Assembly: GCA_963665485.1 (NCBI GenBank)
Contig: OY762227.1
Coordinates: forward strand, 3,919,293 to 3,983,292
Source: Bacteroidales bacterium
Lineage (GTDB): Bacteria > Bacteroidota > Bacteroidia > Bacteroidales > UBA4417
Reading direction: 5' to 3'
Length of the DNA stretch: 64,000 nt
Below are positions 1 to 10,095 of the stretch, piece by piece. Under the pieces are notes generated by a model, which was not told where the DNA came from, did no database searches, and saw only the letters and a list, made by a program, of their open reading frames with translations. The translations under genes were made by a program, and so were the position numbers. Numbering within the stretch: position 1 is the first letter of the stretch; every line of letters begins with the position of its first letter.

Positions 1-1974
1 ATTCCTGTTGTCCCATGCCGAAGGAATATAGTCGCCATGTTTATCTTTAAACGAAGACCGAACCCATGTGTATGAAACAGTTACATCAAATACCCGGCTT
101 AGCTTTTCGCGGTAGTATAATTCAGCACCCCAGGCTCTTCCTTGCGATGTAGGTACAACACCTTCGGCACCAGAAACCCCGAAATCGGCACCTTTGCTTG
201 CGAGTGAAACGGAATCACGAAGTGAAAAAGGATAATAATTATACATTTTATAAAAGCCTTCAACGGTGATTTTCGACTTTTCATTTCGCCTGTAATCAAT
301 ACCTGCCACAATATGATCAGCCTGAATGTATCGCAAACCATTGGTTTTATTCAACAACTCACCATCTGGCAGCCTGTAACCCATTGTTGTATAGGCCGGT
401 AACTGAAAATATCTGCCAATATTGAAAGTAAGCATGAGTTTGGGGGCAATCGCATAAGATGCTGAAAACCTTGGTGAAAACTGGTCGAGCAAATTCGACA
501 TCTTTTTGGAGTAACTATTGGCATCGGCACGCGCTCCCAGTGAAAGCATCAGTTTTTCATCAAAATATCCTTTGCTAACCTGCCCAAAAAAGTTCCATTT
601 AAAAAGATCCAGGTCTGAAGAATATTTTAATTCAGTAATGGTATCCTGGCCTGTAGGAATAAAAACCTGCTGGCTGGTATTATTGCTGTATTTGGCATAT
701 TCCATTCCGGCACCATAAGTAATTTTATATCCTTTACTACGGGCAACTTCTTCATACCTGATTTTATTCTCAGTCTCATACGAAGAATAATCAAGAGTTT
801 TGGAATTGCTCTCATCATTATTCAAATACTTATATGCTTCGTTAAACAACATATTTCGACTGATTACCAGGGTACTGTATGAGCTTTCGCGGTAATGACG
901 GTAGTTTGCGCCAATGGCATAATTCCATTGGTTGTTAACCGGCAGATAACTTAGGATATATTGCTGTTCTTCGGTCGGGTTTTTAATTCCTGTATTAAGT
1001 ACTGACTTATCGAGAGCGCCAATACTGATAATGGTGAGTTCATTCTGATGATTGAATTTTGTTTTCACCTTTACCGTGTAATCAGTGAAAGTTGGCAGGA
1101 AAGGCAATCCAATTACATTGAACAGGAACTTGAGGTACGAGTGCCGGATGGAAAATAGCACTTTGGTTTTATCGCTTACCGGACCATTTATACTGAACGC
1201 AGTTTCACTCGCGCCAAGGGTGGCCCGGTAAACCATACGATCGGGGTTTCCATCAATAAGTTTCATATCGATTACCGAACTTAATGTGTTTCCCCTGCTG
1301 GCCGGAAATGCCCCTGAATAAAAATCCACATCGCGCAGAAAATCGGTATTTATAATGCCGGCTGGCCCTCCCGAAGCACCTTGGGTTGCAAAGTGATTGA
1401 GATTTGGGATTTCAATTCCATCGAGTAAAAATTTATTTTCCGATGGACCACCGCCTCTTACAATAATATCATTTCGAAACGAAACAGATGAAGCAACACC
1501 AGGCAACGATTGAATTACCTTGGAAATATCGCGGTTTGCGCCCGGACTTTTCTCTATCTGCGAAATTCCTATCGATTTTAGTGACACAGGACTTTCCTCA
1601 ACACGTTTGAAAACCGAAGCATTAATTTCTACACCTGCTATCTCTACCGCAATCTCGTTCATTGGAACATCCAACGAAGCTGTTTTTGCGTTCGTAATCA
1701 GAATTTCCTCCGTCATTACTTTATCAAAACCTATAGCCGAAGCTTCAAGTTTAACATATCCGGGTTTTAATCCGGTAAAAATAAAATTACCGTCCAAATC
1801 ACTTACCGTACCTATTACAGTACCACTGATTATAATGTTTGTAAAAGGCAGTGGATCGTTGTTTTTAATGTTAAAAACTCTCCCTTTAATTGAACCTGTC
1901 TGGGCAGATAATGCCATTGAAAAGCAAAGAAAGAGGCTTAAGGTAACTAGCTTAAAGTGTTTACTGTATTTCAT
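1..1974 (-). CDS. TonB-dependent outer-membrane receptor with an N-terminal carboxypeptidase-regulatory-like domain; the C-terminus runs off the window start
   Basis: Absent from the ORF track because it has no stop inside the window. In the frame of the ATG at 1974..1972 I checked every codon down to base 1 and found no in-frame stop (658 codons). The N-terminus is MKYSKHFKLVTLSLFLCFSMALSAQ (signal peptide). It is followed by TGSIKGRVFN..DPLPFTNIIISGT..GTVSDLDGNFIF (CarbopepD_reg-like) and a plug-like IGISQIEKSPGANRDISKVIQSLPGV..IIVRGGGPSENKFLLDGIEI. Confidence 0.85.
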   Translation of the reverse strand, partial: MKYSKHFKLVTLSLFLCFSMALSAQTGSIKGRVFNIKNNDPLPFTNIIISGTVIGTVSDLDGNFIFTGLKPGYVKLEASAIGFDKVMTEEILITNAKTASLDVPMNEIAVEIAGVEINASVFKRVEESPVSLKSIGISQIEKSPGANRDISKVIQSLPGVASSVSFRNDIIVRGGGPSENKFLLDGIEIPNLNHFATQGASGGPAGIINTDFLRDVDFYSGAFPASRGNTLSSVIDMKLIDGNPDRMVYRATLGASETAFSINGPVSDKTKVLFSIRHSYLKFLFNVIGLPFLPTFTDYTVKVKTKFNHQNELTIISIGALDKSVLNTGIKNPTEEQQYILSYLPVNNQWNYAIGANYRHYRESSYSTLVISRNMLFNEAYKYLNNDESNSKTLDYSSYETENKIRYEEVARSKGYKITYGAGMEYAKYSNNTSQQVFIPTGQDTITELKYSSDLDLFKWNFFGQVSKGYFDEKLMLSLGARADANSYSKKMSNLLDQFSPRFSASYAIAPKLMLTFNIGRYFQLPAYTTMGYRLPDGELLNKTNGLRYIQADHIVAGIDYRRNEKSKITVEGFYKMYNYYPFSLRDSVSLASKGADFGVSGAEGVVPTSQGRAWGAELYYREKLSRVFDVTVSYTWVRSSFKDKHGDYIPSAWDNRN

Positions 1975-2091
1975 GTTTAATAAATCATTGAAAAGATTAG
2001 ACAAAATTAAACATAGGAAAAATGAAATTGTTTATTTTTTTAAAAAAAATGCTTGACCTGGGAGGAAATCTGTCTAACTAATTTCAGATAA

Positions 2092-3015
2092 CTACATTGA
2101 TTTTAAATGCTTAATAGTTCTGTCGAGATTCGTTTGTAAACCATCTTCGCCGTTAAGCCAGTAAATTTTTATTCCTTTCTTTTCCATCCGCCTGAACCAG
2201 GTCATTTGCCGCTTGGCAAACTGGTGAATAGCCGTATTTAATAAGCTGAACATTTCATTATAACTCAATTCACCTAACAAGTACAATGTCAAATACTTAT
2301 ACTCAAGACCATAAAACATAAGCTGTTCTTTGCTTAAACCGCCATCCAGCAAATGTTGAACTTCTTCCGGCATACCTTCTTCTAAGCGTTGAGTAAGCCT
2401 CGAAGTAATTCGCTCACGCACAGTTTTGCGATCGAAACGGATTCCGAAAACCGGAGTATGGCTGAAATCAGTTGAAACCGGTTTGTTTTTATTTTGATTC
2501 TTAAAACTTTCAATTTCAATAGCTCTTATCAGCCGTTCCCTGTCGAGAGTATCCGTTGTATTATGTAATGGCCGATAGGATGAAATTCTGTTAACTAATT
2601 CATCATTAGAAAGTTCATTTAATTGCTGTCTCAGTATTTCATTCTTCTCAACTTCAACAAGGTTATATCCGAGAAGCACTGATTCCAGATACAATCCCGT
2701 TCCGCCACACATTACAGGTATTTTGCCTTTGGAGATAATCGCGTCCCATGCAGACTTAAAATCACGTTGAAACTGAAATACATTATATTCAGTACCAGGA
2801 GCGGCAATATCAATCAGGTGATAAGGAATAAGCTGATCATTGACTTTATAATCGCCAAGATCCTTTCCCGTTCCAATATCCATGCCTTTATACACCTGTC
2901 GTGAATCAGCACTTATAATTTCGGCATCCAATGCCAATGCCAGGTGAGCGGCAAAAGTGGTTTTCCCCACGGCAGTAGGGCCAAGTACGGTGATTAGTGG
3001 ATATTTGGAACTCAT
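2092..3015 (-). CDS. miaA: tRNA dimethylallyltransferase
   Basis: MSSKYPLITVLGPTAVGKT carries the P-loop, followed by IISADSRQVYKGMDIGTGK, and the length is typical for IPP transferase. The ORF-track start at 3141 adds 42 low-complexity residues, so I chose the ATG at 3015. Confidence 0.9.
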   Translation of the reverse strand: MSSKYPLITVLGPTAVGKTTFAAHLALALDAEIISADSRQVYKGMDIGTGKDLGDYKVNDQLIPYHLIDIAAPGTEYNVFQFQRDFKSAWDAIISKGKIPVMCGGTGLYLESVLLGYNLVEVEKNEILRQQLNELSNDELVNRISSYRPLHNTTDTLDRERLIRAIEIESFKNQNKNKPVSTDFSHTPVFGIRFDRKTVRERITSRLTQRLEEGMPEEVQHLLDGGLSKEQLMFYGLEYKYLTLYLLGELSYNEMFSLLNTAIHQFAKRQMTWFRRMEKKGIKIYWLNGEDGLQTNLDRTIKHLKSM

Positions 3016-3127
3016 TGTGCAAAGATGGGAAAAATACAGGCATAAAGAAAATTGGGAAATAGGGAAATAGAATAGTAGAACAATTGAATTAACAATCCTA
3101 TTTTTGTGCTTGAAAACAGAACTCAAT

Positions 3128-3748
3128 ATGGAGCTGATCACAAAATACTTTCCCGATCTTACTAACGTGCAACTTGATCAATTCGCACTATTAGAAGAAT
3201 TGTATCTTGACTGGAATAGCAAGATAAACGTGATTTCCCGTAAGGATATGGAACATTTTTACGAACGACATGTTTTACATTCGTTAGGCATCGCAAAAGT
3301 GATTCAGTTTACTCACGGAGCTTATGTATTAGATGTTGGCACTGGTGGTGGATTTCCAGGCATACCGCTGGCTATTTTATTTCCGGAAACTAAATTCCTG
3401 TTAGTTGATTCTATAGGCAAAAAAATAAAAGTAGTTCAGGAAGTAGCTGAAGCTGCTGGTATTAAAAATGTTGAAGCCATACAGGCAAGGGCAGAAGATG
3501 TGAAAGGAAAATTTGATTTTGTAGTCAGCCGCGCTGTAACCGCACTGCCGGATTTTATTAAATGGGTCGAAAGCAAAATAAAAAGAGAAAACAGGAATAG
3601 TATACAGAATGGCATCCTTTATTTAAAGGGAGGTGATCTTGAAAATGAGCTTGCTCCTTTGAAAAACAAATACCAGGTTATCAATCTAAGCAGTTATTTT
3701 GAAGAGGACTTTTTCGAGACAAAAAAAGTTGTGCACGTCAGTTTATAG
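3128..3748 (+). CDS. rsmG: 16S rRNA (guanine527-N7)-methyltransferase
   Basis: GidB/RsmG-like, with SAM motif VLDVGTGGGFPGIPLAILFP and a length of about 206 aa. I prefer the ATG at 3128 (MELITKYFPDL) because the track start at 3104 is a GTG that overlaps the miaA leader. Confidence 0.88.
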   Translation: MELITKYFPDLTNVQLDQFALLEELYLDWNSKINVISRKDMEHFYERHVLHSLGIAKVIQFTHGAYVLDVGTGGGFPGIPLAILFPETKFLLVDSIGKKIKVVQEVAEAAGIKNVEAIQARAEDVKGKFDFVVSRAVTALPDFIKWVESKIKRENRNSIQNGILYLKGGDLENELAPLKNKYQVINLSSYFEEDFFETKKVVHVSL

Positions 3749-3982
3749 AATTTCACAAGATTTAACATCTTAAGCATCAATATATATTCCTTGCCTGCTT
3801 TTTTTACTACTTTTGACTGCAACAATTACCTTTGACTTATTCTTATAATAACTACGTTACTAATTATAAAATTTTGAGGAAGTAACCTGCGATCTCAAAA
3901 CATATAGCAAACCAGACCTGTAGATTAATCATCGATACTGAATGCATAAAATAAAGTAAATAACATAAATAATTATAAATCA

Positions 3983-5458
3983 ATGAACAAAGAAATCTTT
4001 AAACTGGAACCCACCGCTGTTTGGAAAAACTTTTACAGCCTTACACAAATTCCACGTCCTTCACATCACGAAGAGCGTATTCAGCAATTTATGTTCGATT
4101 TTGGTAAAAACCTCGGTCTGGAAACTATCAAAGACGAAGTTGGGAACATTATCATCCGTAAACCAGCAACCGCAGGAATGGAAAACCGTAAAGGCATCGT
4201 TCTGCAAACCCATCTTGATATGGTGCCACAGAAAAACAGTGACAAAGCACATGATTTTGCTCAAGATCCTATCGAAGCGTATATTGATGGCGATTGGGTA
4301 ACAGCCAATGGAACTACACTAGGCGCTGACAATGGAATGGGCGTTGCAGCTGCAATGGCTGTTCTGGAAGCCACCAGCCTGGTTCACGGACCTGTTGAAG
4401 CATTGTTCACCTGCGACGAAGAAACCGGCATGACCGGAGCTTTTGAGCTAAAAGGCGGCGTTTTAAAAGGAGATATTCTCCTGAACCTGGATTCGGAAGA
4501 TGAAGGTGAATTGTATGTAGGATGTGCCGGTGGTACAAATGCCAATGCGACTTTCAGTTACAAAGAAGAACCAGTGCAACAGGGATTAGCATCATTCAAA
4601 CTGGCCATTACCGGTTTAAAAGGCGGTCACTCCGGACTTGAAATTATTTTGCAGCGGGGTAACAGCAATAAATTGATGAACCGTTTCCTGCAGCATTCAG
4701 TAGTTGAACATAGTTTGCGTTTAGCTTCCATCGAAGGCGGAAGTCTTCGAAATGCTATTCCACGCGAATCATTTGCTGTAGTAACTGTTCCACCATCAAA
4801 AGCTGACGATCTGATAAAATGTGTCGCCAGATTTGAAAAACTGTATCGCAGCGAACTTTCAGCTACTGAACCTGATTTAAAATTCACCATTTCTGCAACT
4901 GCTACACCTCATTCATTAATTGACGCTGCCTCGCTTGATAAAGTGATGAGGGCCATCAATGCCTGTCCAAATGGTGTAATGCGTATGAGCGACGATATGA
5001 AAGGTCTGGTTGAAACATCCACCAACCTTGCCAGCGTAAAATCAGGTAATGGTGAAATTCTGGTTCAGTGTTTACTCCGCAGTTCTGTTGATTCAGCACA
5101 GGAAGATCTTGGTGGGATGATAAAAGATGTATTCGAACTGGCCGGAGCTGATGTAGTTCTGGACGGAACTTATCCGGGATGGAAACCTAACATGCAATCA
5201 GCAATCCTGATCACTATGCAGGAAGTTTATCAGAAACTATACGGTCGAATTCCTGAAATTAAAGCTATACATGCCGGCCTCGAATGCGGTTTATTGGGTG
5301 GTGTTTATCCTAACTGGGATATGATTTCCTTTGGTCCAACCATTCGTTACCCACATTCGCCTGACGAAAAAGTAAATATTGCTTCTGTCGAAAAATTCTG
5401 GAACTACCTGGTTAACACGCTGAAAGATGCACCTTTGAAAGCAGCAGCTGTCGCCTAA
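3983..5458 (+). CDS. pepD: Aminoacyl-histidine (Xaa-His) dipeptidase, M20 family
   Basis: 491 aa. The metal and catalytic motifs appear in the M20/PepD order: THLDMVPQK, LGADNGMGVAAAM, FTCDEETGMTGA, LNLDSEDEGE, then C-terminal IHAGLECG. Confidence 0.88.
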   Translation: MNKEIFKLEPTAVWKNFYSLTQIPRPSHHEERIQQFMFDFGKNLGLETIKDEVGNIIIRKPATAGMENRKGIVLQTHLDMVPQKNSDKAHDFAQDPIEAYIDGDWVTANGTTLGADNGMGVAAAMAVLEATSLVHGPVEALFTCDEETGMTGAFELKGGVLKGDILLNLDSEDEGELYVGCAGGTNANATFSYKEEPVQQGLASFKLAITGLKGGHSGLEIILQRGNSNKLMNRFLQHSVVEHSLRLASIEGGSLRNAIPRESFAVVTVPPSKADDLIKCVARFEKLYRSELSATEPDLKFTISATATPHSLIDAASLDKVMRAINACPNGVMRMSDDMKGLVETSTNLASVKSGNGEILVQCLLRSSVDSAQEDLGGMIKDVFELAGADVVLDGTYPGWKPNMQSAILITMQEVYQKLYGRIPEIKAIHAGLECGLLGGVYPNWDMISFGPTIRYPHSPDEKVNIASVEKFWNYLVNTLKDAPLKAAAVA

Positions 5459-5471
5459 ATTTTATTAAAAG

Positions 5472-5514
5472 TCCTTGCCTTCTGTTAAAAATACAGAAAG
5501 CAGGGATTTTTTTT
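5472..5514 (+). terminator. Rho-independent terminator after pepD
   Basis: An imperfect hairpin, tccttgccttctgt / tacagaaagcaggga, is followed by T8 (5507..5514). It lies 14 nt after the pepD stop. Confidence 0.6.
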
Positions 5515-5522
5515 ATAAACCA

Positions 5523-5553
5523 TTTGGATATTAGGTTACTTTTCTTACCTTTG
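5523..5553 (+). promoter_or_regulatory. Bacteroidota sigma-A type promoter (-33 TTTG, -7 TAnnTTTG) for rpmH
   Basis: TTTG lies at 5523..5526 and tacctttg (TAnnTTTG) at 5546..5553, with 19 nt between them. The motif sits 21 nt upstream of the rpmH ATG. Confidence 0.45.
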
Positions 5554-5574
5554 CACCCCTAAAAACAACCAACC

Positions 5575-5724
5575 ATGAAGAGGACTTTCCAACCATCAGT
5601 AAGGAAAAGAAAAAATAAACACGGATTCAGACTAAGAATGTCGACTGTTAACGGACGCAGGGTTTTAGCTGCACGCAGGGCTCGCGGAAGAAAGAAATTA
5701 ACTACTTCTGACGAAGGCAAGTAA
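5575..5724 (+). CDS. rpmH: 50S ribosomal protein L34
   Basis: 49 codons: [49 protein letters not shown], a textbook L34 sequence. It is missing from the ORF track because it is under 60 aa. The 78-aa minus-strand ORF at 5559..5795 is its antisense shadow. Confidence 0.92.
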   Translation: MKRTFQPSVRKRKNKHGFRLRMSTVNGRRVLAARRARGRKKLTTSDEGK

Positions 5725-5782
5725 TTCTTTTCTGACATTGCTGTTGGTTTCAATAACAGCTCATATAGCATAAATGCATTCC

Positions 5783-5817
5783 GGAGGAGGCTCAATAGCC
5801 TACCTCCTTTTCTTTTT
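5783..5817 (+). terminator. Probable rho-independent terminator after rpmH
   Basis: A hairpin ggaggaggc-tcaata-gcctacctcc (one bulge) is followed by ttttcttttt. Confidence 0.5.
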
Positions 5818-5942
5818 ATACCTGACCCAAAGCGATATTATTCCGATAATTTACACATGAATTCAAACAGTACTTCAATGAAGATGAAAGCTGTTTCCAA
5901 TTCAGGAAAAAACAGTAATTTAGCCCTTCTTTTTAACATACG

Positions 5943-6233
5943 ATGAACCTAATTATTCAAGAAGCATCATTGACCGGAGTTTTCCGACTCATCCTTATTG
6001 TCTTAATTATTTACTATGCGTTTTCATTTCTCATGAGATACGTTATACCCAGGGTTATGCGTAAATACGTGAATGATTTCCAAAGACAATTTACTGAAGA
6101 GAACAGACGTTCACAGGATGAAATGAATATTAAAAAAGAAGGTGAGGTCTCGATCAAATTTGTTAATAAGGATAAAAATAAAAGTCAGCATACTAATGAT
6201 GTCGAATACGTTGACTACGAAGAAATTAAATAA
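5943..6233 (+). CDS. Small membrane protein (DUF4834-like)
   Basis: 96 aa with one N-terminal TM helix (VFRLILIVLIIYYAFSFLM) and a charged tail ending in ..YVDYEEIK. The family assignment is from memory of Bacteroidota small proteins and is unverified. Confidence 0.5.
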   Translation: MNLIIQEASLTGVFRLILIVLIIYYAFSFLMRYVIPRVMRKYVNDFQRQFTEENRRSQDEMNIKKEGEVSIKFVNKDKNKSQHTNDVEYVDYEEIK

Positions 6234-6279
6234 TTGACTGTACATTTTATAAACTAAAACCAACTTTAAAGCCATTCAC

Positions 6280-8726
6280 ATGAAGAACATCCGTTTCAAA
6301 CAGGTTCTCCCCTATTTTTCAGCAGTTGTAATATTTGTTGTTATTACAATAGCGTATTTCAGCCCGCTGCTTGAAGGCAAAAAAATGAAACAGTCAGATA
6401 TTACACAATTCCTGGGGATGTCGAAAGAAATTTCTGATTTCCGCGACGCAACCGGCCAGGAAGCCTTGTGGACTAACAGCATGTTCGGCGGGATGCCTGC
6501 TTACCAGATATCGGTTCAATATAAAGGGAACGTGTTGCGATACCTCGATCAGTTGATGCAATTGTACCTGCCACAACCAGCAGGGATGGTTTTCCTTTAT
6601 ATGATAGGGTTCTTCATTTTACTCCTGGTTCTGAAAGTCGATAAATGGCTGGCGATAGCCGGGGCAATCGCTTTTGCGTTTTCATCGTATCTTTTTATCA
6701 TTTTCGAAGCGGGGCATAACAGCAAAGCCCATGCAATTGGTTATATGGCGCCGGTACTAGCTGGAATCATTTTAACATACCGTGGCCGCTACCTGGCAGG
6801 CGGAATTATGGCAGCCATCGCCCTTTCGCTCGAATTGCTTACCAACCACCTTCAGATAACCTATTACCTGATGATGACTGCCGGTGTTTTTGTTATAACT
6901 GAATTAGTTAGTAGTATCCGCGAGAAAAAACTTCCCGGATTTGCAAAAGCTACAGGTGTACTGCTTATCGCGTCCATTTTTGCAGTTTTAACAAATATCA
7001 CAAATATCTGGGCTACTTATGAATATGGAAAAGAGACAATCCGAGGTAAAACTGAACTGACTTCCGAAAAATCAAACCGCACAAGTGGCCTGGATAAAGA
7101 TTACGCCACAGGCTGGAGTTATGGCAAAATGGAAACATTTACATTGCTGATTCCAAACTTTAACGGTGGATCATCACAAGGCGCATTATCTGAAACATCA
7201 AATACATATAAAGCGCTCAAAGCAAACAATATAGATGATAACCAGGCAAGTAAAATAATCAAGGCTTTACCGCTTTATTGGGGAACACAACCCGGTGTAG
7301 CCGGACCAGTTTATATTGGAGCCATTATCATGCTCCTGTTTGTTTTTGCGTTGTTTACAGTTGACAATAAATACAAATGGTGGCTTTTGGCTGCGACCAT
7401 ACTATCGGTTTTGCTGGCCTGGGGAAAAATCTGATGCCGTTTACTGATTTTTTCATGCACTATGTTCCAGGCTATAATAAATTCAGGGCTGTTTCAATGA
7501 CCCTCGTGATAGCAGAGTTTTGCATTCCATTACTTGCTATATTAGGCTTGCAGAAAGCATTTTCCGGAGAAATTGACAAGAAAAAACTATCAAAATCTCT
7601 TTATTATTCGCTTGGAATTACCGGCGGTATTTCGGTTTTCTTCGCTCTGTTTGGCAGCAGCTTGTTTGATTTCATCTCTCCTGCCGACGAACAATACAAA
7701 TCCTATTTCCCTGACTGGTTAATGGTCGCCTTACGCGAAGACCGTGCCGCCATTTTAAGCGCTGATGCATTCAGGTCTCTGGCATTCATTCTTCTTGCAG
7801 GCGCGGCGATCTGGGCTATGATTACTCAAAAAATCAAGAAACCGGTTTTCTACACAGCTTTGATTTTACTAGTCCTTATTGATATGTGGTCGATAAACCG
7901 CAGGTATGTTAACAACGATAGTTTTGTCAGCAAACGCGTTGCTGCAGTTCCATTTCAACCAACTTTGGCCGATCAGGTGATCATGAAGGATAAAGATCCG
8001 GATTTCAGGGTATTTAATCAGTCAGTCGGGAATCCTTTCAGTGATGCCAGTACTTCCTATTTTCATAAATCACTTGGAGGATATCATGGCGCTAAATTAC
8101 GTCGCTACCAGGAATTAATTGACAACCAACTTGTTAAAGGCAATATGAATGTTTACAATATGCTGAATACCAAGTATTTTATAGTTCCTGATGAAAAAGG
8201 CGGGCAGCCTCAAATGCAGATCAATATGCAGGCAATGGGAAATGCATGGTTTGTAAACAATGCGCATATGGTTAATAACGCAGATGAAGAATTAAATGCG
8301 CTCACCAATTTTGTTCCGGCCGAAACAGCTGTATACGATAAAAGGTATGAGAACCAGGTAAAAGGACATATTATCAGCAAAGATACCCTGGCTACAATCG
8401 TTCTTACTGATTACAAACCTAACCAACTGACTTACAAATCAGAAACAAGCAGGGAGCAATTGGCAGTTTTCTCGGAAATATACTACGAAAAGGGATGGAA
8501 CGCTTTTATTGATGGGAAACCAGCACCATACTTCCGCGCCAATTATGTGCTTCGTGCTATGATAGTTCCTGCTGGTAGCCATACCATTGAATTCAAATTT
8601 GAACCACAGGTTTATAAAACAGGTGAAAAAATATCATTTGCGTCATCCATACTCCTGGTTTTATTAGCTGTTGGAAGTATTGGATTTGTGCTAAAACGCA
8701 AATACGAAACCAGCCCAAAGGCATAA
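6280..8726 (+). pseudogene. YfhO-family (GT-C-like) polytopic membrane protein, split into two ORFs by a 1-nt frame change at 7421..7429
   Basis: ORF 6280..7434 ends ..SVLLAWGKI*. The -1 frame continues ..GKNLMPFTDFFMHYVPGYNKFRAVSM.. to 8726. One extra base in the G4A5 run would read WGKNLMPF as a single protein of about 815 aa. The N-terminal half has many TM helices and the C-terminal part is large and soluble, as in YfhO-like proteins. Confidence 0.7.
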
Positions 8727-8736
8727 TGTCTGAGTC

Positions 8737-10074
8737 ATGAGCACTCCAGGCGCCCGAAAAGTATTGATAATCACATATTACTGGCCCCCAAGCGGAGGCG
8801 CAGGCGTACAGCGATGGCTTAAATTCAGCAAATATCTTCGGGAATTTGGATGGGAGCCCGTTATTTATACTCCTGAAAACCCGGAAGCACCGGCAATAGA
8901 TAATTCACTTGAAAAAGATATTCCCGTTGGAATTTCCATAATCAAGAGGCCTATACTTGAGCCGTACTCCGTTTACAAAAAAATTGTTGGCATGAAACCC
9001 GGTGAAAAAGTAAATGCCGGATTTCTGCAGGAAAAAGAGAAACCAGGCATAGCCGAAGGATTCGCGGTTTGGATGAGAGGGAATTTTTTTATTCCGGATG
9101 CACGTCGCTATTGGATAAAACCTTCTGTAAAATTTCTGACCAAATTTCTGGAAGACCATCCAGTTGATGCCATTGTTTCAACTGGCCCACCTCACTCTAT
9201 GCATCTTATTGCATTAAAGCTTCATAAGAAACTTAATATTCCCTGGCTGGCAGATTTTCGCGATCCATGGACCGGCATTGATTTTTACCATCAGCTTAAG
9301 CTAACTTCACTCGCTGACCGGCTACACCATAAACTTGAGAAAAAGGTTCTGGCTTCGGCCTCAGCTATTACCGTGGTAAGCAAGGATATGGCATATGAGT
9401 TTAATGAAATTGTAACACGAGATTACAAACTTGTTACCAACGGTTATGACGAAGAAGATATCAGTCCTCTGCCTCAAAACCAGCTTGACACAAAATTCAC
9501 GATTTCACATATTGGTAGTATTAACGCGTCGCGAAATCCAATAAAACTTTGGAAGGTTCTTTCTGAAATGGTAAATCAAAATTCCAGTTTTGCCGACGAA
9601 TTGCAGATAAAACTGGTTGGCAAAGTTGATATAGGAGTTTTAAAATGCATTAATGAAAATGGTTTAGGCAAACATCTTCAAAAGATTGACTATATGCCTC
9701 ACCAGGATGTGATGCAAGAAATCCGGAAATCGCAGGTACTTTTACTGCTAATCAATAATACGCCCAATGCTAAAGGGATATTAACAGGTAAAATTTTCGA
9801 ATATCTGGGATCGGGAAGGCCAATACTGAATATAGGTCCTGAGAATGGTGAAGCATCAACCGTAGTGAAAGAATGTGAAGCAGGAAAAACAGCAGGTTAT
9901 GATAATGATGCAGGCATGTTAAGTATTTTAACTGACTTTTATATTCGTTATACAGAGCAGCGCCTGGAAAGCAGCAAAGGTAACAGGTTAAAATATTCGC
10001 GGAAAGAGCTGACGGGGAATATTGCGGAGATTTTGGATAAAATCAGTTCCTCGGGCAAGGAAGATTCTAAATAG
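8737..10074 (+). CDS. Glycosyltransferase, GT4-like (GT-B fold)
   Basis: 445 aa. The N-terminus KVLIITYYWPPSGGAGVQRWLKFSKYL is typical of this Bacteroidota GT group, and the C-terminus has FEYLGSGRPIL. It lies 10 nt after the YfhO-like gene. Confidence 0.75.
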   Translation: MSTPGARKVLIITYYWPPSGGAGVQRWLKFSKYLREFGWEPVIYTPENPEAPAIDNSLEKDIPVGISIIKRPILEPYSVYKKIVGMKPGEKVNAGFLQEKEKPGIAEGFAVWMRGNFFIPDARRYWIKPSVKFLTKFLEDHPVDAIVSTGPPHSMHLIALKLHKKLNIPWLADFRDPWTGIDFYHQLKLTSLADRLHHKLEKKVLASASAITVVSKDMAYEFNEIVTRDYKLVTNGYDEEDISPLPQNQLDTKFTISHIGSINASRNPIKLWKVLSEMVNQNSSFADELQIKLVGKVDIGVLKCINENGLGKHLQKIDYMPHQDVMQEIRKSQVLLLLINNTPNAKGILTGKIFEYLGSGRPILNIGPENGEASTVVKECEAGKTAGYDNDAGMLSILTDFYIRYTEQRLESSKGNRLKYSRKELTGNIAEILDKISSSGKEDSK

Positions 10075-10095
10075 AAATAAATACCGACAGGCATA

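Noticed and set aside
1520-2056. 178-aa plus-strand ORF in the ORF track
   Set aside because: It lies antisense to the uninterrupted TonB-dependent receptor frame (1..1974, minus). It starts at a TTG, is low complexity and shows no family resemblance.
5559-5795. 78-aa minus-strand ORF
   Set aside because: It overlaps the unmistakable rpmH (L34) gene on the plus strand and is its antisense shadow.
5857-5946. 29-codon ORF (MNSNSTSMKMKAVSNSGKNSNLALLFNIR) whose TGA overlaps the ATG of the DUF4834-like gene (ATGA)
   Set aside because: The ATGA overlap suggests coupling, but the peptide is low complexity with no recognisable features. That is too weak to call without conservation or ribosome-profiling data.
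7377-7434. Treating 6280..7434 and 7377..8726 as two separate overlapping genes
   Set aside because: The -1 frame continues the protein seamlessly across the G4A5 run (WGK|NLMPF). The second ORF's first 17 residues are just an out-of-frame reading of the first gene's 3' end.
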